Part shown: piece by piece, positions 26,901 through 32,000 of the stretch
Layout: each line of letters opens with the position of its first letter
How positions within the stretch are numbered: position 1 is the first letter of the stretch
Source of the DNA: Polynucleobacter parvulilacunae
Lineage (GTDB): Bacteria > Pseudomonadota > Gammaproteobacteria > Burkholderiales > Burkholderiaceae
Direction of reading: 5' to 3'
Length of the DNA: 32,000 nucleotides
Assembly (NCBI RefSeq): GCF_018881715.1
Contig: NZ_JACVPW010000001.1
Coordinates: 241,337 to 273,336, forward strand
Notes under the pieces: model-generated
Database searches by the model: none
What the model was told of the DNA's origin: nothing
What the model saw: only the letters and a program-made list of their open reading frames with translations
Program-made: the position numbers and the translations under genes

Positions 26901-26951
26901 AATTACCTTTCACATAATTATTTGATTCATTCTATGCTCATTAGAGCAGTT

Positions 26952-27048
26952 TGTCGTTTTAAACGACACTTCATTGCACACCCACTTTAATCATTCTTAA
27001 GCACTTGAATTGACTAAAGAAATTATTAGTGCGATCTATTACCGCTCC
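26952..27048 (+). repeat. 97-bp composite repeat R9 (includes palindrome S9, 26952..26968, 17/17)
   Basis: TGTCGTTTTAAACGACACTTCATTGCACAC - 38-nt variable middle - AAATTATTAGTGCGATCTATTACCGCTCC. Confidence 0.85.
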
Positions 27049-27079
27049 GTGAACTCGCTAGGACTGAAATTTTTATTTG

Positions 27080-28018
27080 CTAATTTTTACGATTCTTACT
27101 ACCTATCTCGTCCATGCCATCAAGATAGTCTGAGAGCAGGTTTCGATCTGCAAGTACTCTAAATATATTACGTTGAGCAGCATGCTCTCTATGCGAGTCC
27201 TCTATTCGACACCATGAACACAGCTCTAAACCTGATACAAGTGGCTCCTTGCATGATCTACAAGTCTTCGAAGATTTAATAATTTCGACATCATTGAAAC
27301 TTAGGATATTACCCTCTAGATCAGAAAAAAATGGTTCTACAGACCCTTTTCCGATTTTCATTTCGTAATAATTACACCCGAGTTCTTGTGCATTTTTTCG
27401 CACTTTTTTAATGGTCTCTGTATTGGCCTTTGGTCCACATATAAGAGCTTTTATGCAATCTTTTGGCACATCTATCAACATAGAACTCTCATCAGACAAC
27501 CTTATTGCAGAGTCATTTACCACCATTCTACGTTCATGCTCATAACTCCAAGATGTTGCTTTTGAAAAATACGCAGCACTAAAAACTGAATTTTGAAGAA
27601 AATAAATGTATCTAGGCTTTCCTATTACAGATGCGTGATGGAGCCATTCAAATGTATCTTCATTTGGCGTATCTCGGTATTCAATATCATTGAATATACT
27701 GTTAGGAAAGTGCTCCGATAAACAGTTTTCATCAAACTCTATTACGAACCCTTGCATAGACTGGGCATAATGGGCCCACATGGGAATAACCGTCGGAGAG
27801 CGTGAAAAACAAGTAGTAGGTCGTTGAGGCAACTCGCCAATTACATCACTGTAAAAAGCCAAGTGATTTGGCTCAATCTTTGAATCAACTGCCAAGAAGA
27901 GCTCATATGGATCATTGAAATCTTTGGGATAAGAGCATTTCAACGTGACAAGATTCGCACTAGCAAATACATCATTAATATATTCAGGACTTACATACTT
28001 ATATAGATTTCTTCCCAT
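27080..28018 (-). CDS. DUF2971-like protein with a C-terminal Cys4 zinc-ribbon-like motif
   Basis: N-terminus LYKYVSPEYINDVFASANLVTLKCSYPKDFNDPYE fits the DUF2971 signature. The C-terminus reads CRSCKEPLVSGLELCSWC. Confidence 0.6.
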   Translation of the reverse strand: MGRNLYKYVSPEYINDVFASANLVTLKCSYPKDFNDPYELFLAVDSKIEPNHLAFYSDVIGELPQRPTTCFSRSPTVIPMWAHYAQSMQGFVIEFDENCLSEHFPNSIFNDIEYRDTPNEDTFEWLHHASVIGKPRYIYFLQNSVFSAAYFSKATSWSYEHERRMVVNDSAIRLSDESSMLIDVPKDCIKALICGPKANTETIKKVRKNAQELGCNYYEMKIGKGSVEPFFSDLEGNILSFNDVEIIKSSKTCRSCKEPLVSGLELCSWCRIEDSHREHAAQRNIFRVLADRNLLSDYLDGMDEIGSKNRKN

Positions 28019-28133
28019 AGCTTCCGCACCAATCTGAATGCATTAAATATTGATTAATACTAACAAGATAAGGAGCTACTTATTTGCTTGACCTATAATC
28101 AAAATAACCAATTGCCCAATTTGGAGCGTTTAG

Positions 28134-28937
28134 ATGTCCATAGAAGTTCTCGACTCATCAGCTTGGCGTGAATTTCGCGGCACACTAAGTAACTCGGGCA
28201 TCAATAAAACAACTCATTTAGCAAAAATTGCTGACATCTCAGGGAAACTTCGAGATTGCGTAGTAAAGCTACTACCCTTGAATTACCCCTCTCTTCTCGG
28301 AGAAGCAATTGGCTGGGAACTAGCCCAATCATCCGGGCTCTCTTGTGCACCATTTGCTGCAATAGTTATGGTTCCGATTTCCAGCCTACGCGAGTGCATG
28401 GACCTTCCTTCTGAATTTGATGGTATGAATGAATGCCCTGCTTGGTGCTGCGAACTTGTCGCAGGTAAGTCTGTTCGACAAGTTCACAAATGGCTGTTTT
28501 GGCTGGCCCGCCAGCAATGTCTTATGAGCAAAGATGCACGAAAAATAGCATCATTTGATTTATGGACTGACCTAATGGATCGAAATTATGGAAACGTAAT
28601 TCGAGTATCAAATAGCACCTACATCTCTATTGATCACGAGACAATTCTTCACGATTTGCTTTGGAAACCAACTGGGAAAACTTTTGAACAAAGAAGTTTG
28701 CTTTTAGAAGCCAAACAGAAACTGTCGCCAAGTAACCTTCTTCGCTTTCAAATGGATATGGCCAATGCATCAACAAAACACGCAGATGCAATATCAACCA
28801 AACAAAATGAGCTTTCTCAAATTATCGCAATGATTTATCCTCATATGGCGAGCACACTAATACCTTTGACTATGAGCACATTAACTCAGCGATCCCAATC
28901 TGGATGGCTTGCAAATACCTTAGGGGTCATAGCATGA
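28134..28937 (+). CDS. kinase-fold protein, HipA-like (putative)
   Basis: SD GGAGCGTTTAG ATG. The catalytic-loop-like FDLWTDLMDRNYGNVI followed by SIDHE resembles HipA/PI3K-type D-x-x-x-x-N ... D motifs. Confidence 0.5.
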   Translation: MSIEVLDSSAWREFRGTLSNSGINKTTHLAKIADISGKLRDCVVKLLPLNYPSLLGEAIGWELAQSSGLSCAPFAAIVMVPISSLRECMDLPSEFDGMNECPAWCCELVAGKSVRQVHKWLFWLARQQCLMSKDARKIASFDLWTDLMDRNYGNVIRVSNSTYISIDHETILHDLLWKPTGKTFEQRSLLLEAKQKLSPSNLLRFQMDMANASTKHADAISTKQNELSQIIAMIYPHMASTLIPLTMSTLTQRSQSGWLANTLGVIA

Positions 28938-29851
28938 GCAAAAATAAAATTCAGTTTGATGAGGATTTCTCTCATCTACAACGTCTCGCCAAAAAACCCC
29001 CTAAAGCCCTATTTAATGGGGCTTGGAGCACTTTAGAGCTCCAACCAGATGCATTTTCTCCACAACGCTTCACAATTGGAGTTGTCGTTCAGACTCCAGG
29101 CGAACGTTTGCATTTTAAATTACTAGATGATTTCAAAAAATTTGAATGCATATACAGAGATAGCTTTCCTCAAAAATCAATCCGAGAAATAATGACTTAT
29201 GCTGAGGAGCTTTTAAGAAAATGTGTACATAACAAAACTAGCATTCCAGAAATTGAATTTAGTACTAATTGCCTTAGTCTCTCTAAACCACTCTTCATAT
29301 CTGGAGATAATTGGGAAACAACTATAGAGCGACTATTTAAAGAGGTTGTAGCTATGGCTCCAAGTACTGCCTCAAAATCCTATGGATTCGAGTCTATTGA
29401 CACGCCACATGCAAGAAAAATCGTTAACGATGAATTAAAACGTATAGCAAACTTGGACTACGATCGGATTGTTAATCAAAATAGTCAAGGGGTTTTGCTC
29501 GAAGAAGCTGGGGAGTTCCATCATTTAGACCTAAACCTCATCACTACACGAGCATGTGGAAGCGTGATTTCTGCCGTCTATAAGTCAACCCAAAGCGTTG
29601 AGCTAAACCTTCTTAAATCCAGCCGAGATCTGACTACCTATTCCCGAGTTAAGGATCTTAAACATGTTGGCCTCTTTCTCCTCACTCCAGACCCTGATTC
29701 CATAGACTCAAAAGATTTCAAAAAAATTGAAAATGTTATTGATGAGTATGAGTGGAAGTTAGAACAAGATGGCTTTCAAGTTGTAAGCCTTCCATCACCC
29801 ATAGATTTGGCAACAGAGATTTACAACTGGGCTAAGCCCACTTTTGCATAA
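28934..29851 (+). CDS. DUF3037-like protein (305 aa)
   Basis: The start shares an ATGA overlap with the upstream stop codon. The N-terminal LELQPDAFSPQRFTIGVVVQTPGERLHFKLLDD resembles the DUF3037 signature. Confidence 0.5.
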   Translation: MSKNKIQFDEDFSHLQRLAKKPPKALFNGAWSTLELQPDAFSPQRFTIGVVVQTPGERLHFKLLDDFKKFECIYRDSFPQKSIREIMTYAEELLRKCVHNKTSIPEIEFSTNCLSLSKPLFISGDNWETTIERLFKEVVAMAPSTASKSYGFESIDTPHARKIVNDELKRIANLDYDRIVNQNSQGVLLEEAGEFHHLDLNLITTRACGSVISAVYKSTQSVELNLLKSSRDLTTYSRVKDLKHVGLFLLTPDPDSIDSKDFKKIENVIDEYEWKLEQDGFQVVSLPSPIDLATEIYNWAKPTFA

Positions 29852-29949
29852 AGCTAAAGCGATGGCGCCCAACAAGCAATTAAAAATCCTTCAAAAGGCC
29901 TTAAACGGGCCTTTACGAGCATATCCAATATCACCTAAGACAAACCCTC

Positions 29950-29966
29950 TGTCGTTTTAAACGACA
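29950..29966. repeat. palindrome S10 (17/17)
   Basis: Exact copy 233 bp inside the right island border. The following roughly 78 nt end in CCGCTCC at 30044, so this may be a degenerate 95-bp relative of the 97-bp element. Confidence 0.9.
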
Positions 29967-30198
29967 CCTTTGAATGCCCGTTAATGGCAGGCTGATCTGC
30001 ACAGCTAGAAAATCATCCGTTCCCCGACCACTACCCTCCGCTCCAAGCCATATGCTAGAACGCTTTTGTCCAGCAAAACCTTATTCTTTAGTACTTTGCG
30101 GGTGGTGTGTCACACGGTGTGTGCTACGGTGAAAACCTTGGGTTTGTAAGTCGTTGAATTTATTGACTTTTAGGGTCGGACAACCTGGACGCTGTGCT

Positions 30199-30244
30199 TT
30201 ATGATTCCGTCGCTCTAACCAGCTGAGCTAATTCGCCGAACTCG
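30199..30244. repeat. island direct repeat, right copy (attR core): orphan tRNA 5' half
   Basis: Identical to 3829..3874. The adjacent 30171..30198 is only weakly similar to the tRNA 3' half and cannot form anticodon or T stems. Confidence 0.9.
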
Positions 30245-30246
30245 CT

Positions 30247-30275
30247 ATTGTAAATGATCAGAGCCTATCTGTCTA
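30247..30275 (-). promoter_or_regulatory. putative ancestral tRNA promoter, now in front of the orphan tRNA 5' half
   Basis: The minus strand reads TAGACA-17 nt-TACAAT, ending 9 nt before the position of the tRNA 5' end. The island-side copy keeps only TAAAAT, at 3877..3882. Confidence 0.35.
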
Positions 30276-30316
30276 AAGGAAGCGGGGATCCTAACCTTAG
30301 ACCCCCACTTCGGCCC

Positions 30317-30751
30317 CTATTTAATCTGGAATGTGCTCATAGCCTCGTCTCGGCCATAAAGGACGTTAAATTCAATTTTCTTGGCTAAAAAGAGCTTTTT
30401 CAGCACTTCATCCTTATTTTCAAAAACAATGGCTGTTTGCTCAGGGTAGCGAGAAAAGGGGTCGCTATTCACATCTACCACCACCCCATCAATCTTGATC
30501 TGCTTAATGGAGCGCTTATAAAACTTATCAGGACGTATAAAAATGAGACGCTTTACATACTTATCGAGCACGAGCTTCTGACCCTGCTCATTAGTCTTGT
30601 AGTAATAGACCAGCTCTTCTTTGCCGTTGGTAGTCATGTCACGCTCTTCATCCCACTTGGCATAAACGCTTTGACTCACCATGGCAGAAAAAATGAGCAG
30701 AGCCAGCTGACTAAGTGTGACAACTATTTTCATTTGAGGAAAATTCATCAT
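30317..30751 (-). CDS. secreted protein of unknown function
   Basis: 144-aa ORF with a signal peptide (LALLIFSAMVSQSVYA). Confidence 0.5.
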   Translation of the reverse strand: MMNFPQMKIVVTLSQLALLIFSAMVSQSVYAKWDEERDMTTNGKEELVYYYKTNEQGQKLVLDKYVKRLIFIRPDKFYKRSIKQIKIDGVVVDVNSDPFSRYPEQTAIVFENKDEVLKKLFLAKKIEFNVLYGRDEAMSTFQIK

Positions 30752-30805
30752 AGGTTCATATTAGCTTAAGGTGCATACAAAAATCAGAAAGCGTAATATT
30801 CCCGA

Positions 30806-31126
30806 ATGAATCTATTCCTTTCTCGACTTCGCAGCGCCCTTATATTAAGCCTCTGCTTTCCGGTATGCGCATCTGCAGCACAAATCTTCGTTACCAATTA
30901 CCCCTCTGAGGCCAATGCCAAAGTCTTTGTCACCAAATACCAATCAGAGGCGAACTGTATTGTCTATGACACCCAATACTCTAGCGACAATGAACCTGGC
31001 GTTTGGTTCTACACAAAGTACAAAAGCGATGCACGCGCAGTGATTTATTACACCCAATACAAGTCCGACGCTGATCTTATTGTTTACTTCACTAAGTACA
31101 AGAGTGATGCCCGCTGCCGTTACTAA
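30806..31126 (+). CDS. secreted periodic-repeat protein
   Basis: A signal peptide followed by six units of about 13 aa fitting (I/V)(F/Y)(V/Y/F)T(N/K/Q)Y(P/Q/K/S)S(E/D)(A/N)(N/R/D). Confidence 0.55.
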   Translation: MNLFLSRLRSALILSLCFPVCASAAQIFVTNYPSEANAKVFVTKYQSEANCIVYDTQYSSDNEPGVWFYTKYKSDARAVIYYTQYKSDADLIVYFTKYKSDARCRY

Positions 31127-31167
31127 TCAATACCCCTTAACAAATATCCTTTAAGCACCCCTCTCCC

Positions 31168-31779
31168 ATGAGACTTCTCTCCATATCGGCCGGCAAAGTG
31201 GTTTCTTTGTTTGGCAATCATCATCCGAATTACAAGTCCGTTGCTTCGGCGATTCATAAGAGGAGTATCAGCAATTTAGAAAGTCCTGCACCGATTGAAA
31301 TCACTTCGCTTGGTGTTAAAGGCGATGAGCAGGCCGATCTGTCTGTACATGGTGGCATGGAAAAGGCGATTTATGTTTATCCAGCAGAACACTACACTTT
31401 CTGGAATGAATTACTCAGTAGAGAGACCAAGCGCACTGTTAATTTAAAGCATGGCGCCATCGGCGAAAACTTTACCATCGAGGGCTTATTGGAAACTGAA
31501 GTGTTTGTTGGGGATAAATTGATTATTGACGAGCTCGAGTTCGCTGTCGTAAAACTCCGTGAACCTTGTTTCAAATTCAACGCCGCTGTTGGCTACAAAG
31601 GCGCAAGCAAGGCAATGCTGCAATCTGGCTTTAGTGGCTGGTATTTACGAGTACTAAAAACTGGGGCCCTTAGTGCTGGCGCTGAAATTACCCTAGTTCC
31701 TGGATCACGCAATATTTCTATCGCCCAGCAAAATCAAAAACTCTTAAACAATCGCAATCAAAAAGATTTGTGGGAATAA
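31168..31779 (+). CDS. MOSC domain protein (YiiM-like)
   Basis: The pattern SAGKV...KSAIHK....I...G..GDEQADLSVHGGMEKAIYVYPAEHY.FW is typical of YiiM/MOSC proteins. Confidence 0.8.
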   Translation: MRLLSISAGKVVSLFGNHHPNYKSVASAIHKRSISNLESPAPIEITSLGVKGDEQADLSVHGGMEKAIYVYPAEHYTFWNELLSRETKRTVNLKHGAIGENFTIEGLLETEVFVGDKLIIDELEFAVVKLREPCFKFNAAVGYKGASKAMLQSGFSGWYLRVLKTGALSAGAEITLVPGSRNISIAQQNQKLLNNRNQKDLWE

Positions 31780-31845
31780 AAAAACCCGACCATTTCTGAT
31801 CGGGCTTCTTATTTGAAGCTAACTAAAGAAGCTTATTGAATCTTC

Positions 31846-32000
31846 TTAGTCACGTGCGTAGATATCTACGTCTTTGGTTTCTTTAACAAACAGTGTACCG
31901 ATTACCAATGTCATCGCAGCGATGATGATTGGGTACCAGAGACCGTAGTAAATGTTACCGTTTTGCGCTACCAAGGCGAAGGAGATCGTTGGCAACAAGC
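31846..32000 (-). CDS. C-terminal end of a membrane transporter (MFS-like), partial
   Basis: The reverse complement reads ...LLPTISFALVAQNGNIYYGLWYPIIIAAMTLVIGTLFVKETKDVDIYARD*. The gene continues beyond the window. Confidence 0.5.
   Translation of the reverse strand, partial: LLPTISFALVAQNGNIYYGLWYPIIIAAMTLVIGTLFVKETKDVDIYARD

Larger units (their letters stand above)
3829..30244. mobile_element. tRNA-associated genomic island, about 26.4 kb, integrase-bearing
   Basis: Bounded by a 46-bp perfect direct repeat. It contains two tyrosine recombinases and accessory cargo (metal efflux, defence-like genes). Housekeeping genes lie on both sides. Confidence 0.85.

Noticed and set aside
15513-27048. 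Interpreting the 97-bp elements as integron attC sites, and the island as an integron or CALIN
   Set aside because: No IntI-type integrase is present. The element ends are not inverted repeats of each other, so there is no R''/R' pairing. The palindrome core GTTTTAA does not fit GTTRRRY. Blocks between sites hold multi-gene operons with their own promoters. Only the positional analogy is kept.
3988-29966. A CRISPR array
   Set aside because: The repeats are 17 or 97 bp long and separated by 0.5-8 kb of protein-coding DNA, with no regular spacing and no cas genes.
30171-30198. A possible degenerate tRNA 3' half next to the attR repeat, which would make a full pseudo-tRNA
   Set aside because: Identity to the real 3' half is only about 55-60 percent by eye and no anticodon or T stem can form. 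This may be residual attP similarity or chance, so it is not annotated as a pseudogene.
3829-30244. IS elements, transposases, conjugation (T4SS/relaxase) genes or phage structural genes that would classify the island as an ICE, IME or prophage
   Set aside because: I recognised none in any frame. The element is best described as a non-conjugative integrase-bearing island, unless the unknown genes hide such functions.
31785-31810. A terminator after the MOSC gene
   Set aside because: It has only a 5-bp stem (CCCGA/TCGGG) with a 10-nt loop and a weak T-run, which is too weak to call.

Overview
The window looks like a low-GC betaproteobacterial chromosome, Burkholderiales or Polynucleobacter-like; this is an inference from gene order and protein sequences only. 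The left core flank is sucD (5' end), sucC, recX and recA with a CTGT-N8-ACAG SOS box, a polytopic membrane protein, and a tRNA with anticodon CAU on the minus strand. A genomic island of about 26.4 kb (3829..30244) sits directly on the 5' side of that tRNA. It is bounded by a 46-bp perfect direct repeat (51 bp with one mismatch) that is the 5' half of the tRNA plus its leader. The island carries these modules in order: (i) a NERD nuclease-like gene and a DUF2075-type P-loop/nuclease gene; (ii) a 423-aa tyrosine integrase; (iii) a maintenance-like block with a 188-aa catalytic-domain-only tyrosine recombinase and a clamp-loader-like AAA+ ATPase; (iv) an HME-type RND efflux operon (MFP-RND-OMF) plus an MFS transporter; (v) a MarR-like regulator; (vi) a copper-flavoured block with a Met-rich membrane protein, a His/Cys-rich secreted protein, a CopZ-like HMA protein and a SAM methyltransferase; (vii) a three-gene block of DUF2971-like, HipA-like kinase-fold and DUF3037-like genes. 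The most unusual signal is not a gene. A 17-bp perfect palindrome, TGTCGTTTTAAACGACA, occurs 10 times. By eye all copies lie inside the island. Eight sit in intergenic DNA, at the boundaries between the functional modules and beside both island ends, two of them bracketing the integrase gene. The other two are embedded in-frame in CDSs. Three copies extend into a repeat of exactly 97 bp with conserved ends and a variable middle. I interpret this as a candidate modular recombination-site or global-operator system; that is inference and is not demonstrated. The right core flank holds a secreted protein, a periodic-repeat protein, a MOSC-domain protein and the 3' end of an MFS gene. No rRNA, CRISPR array or transposase was seen.
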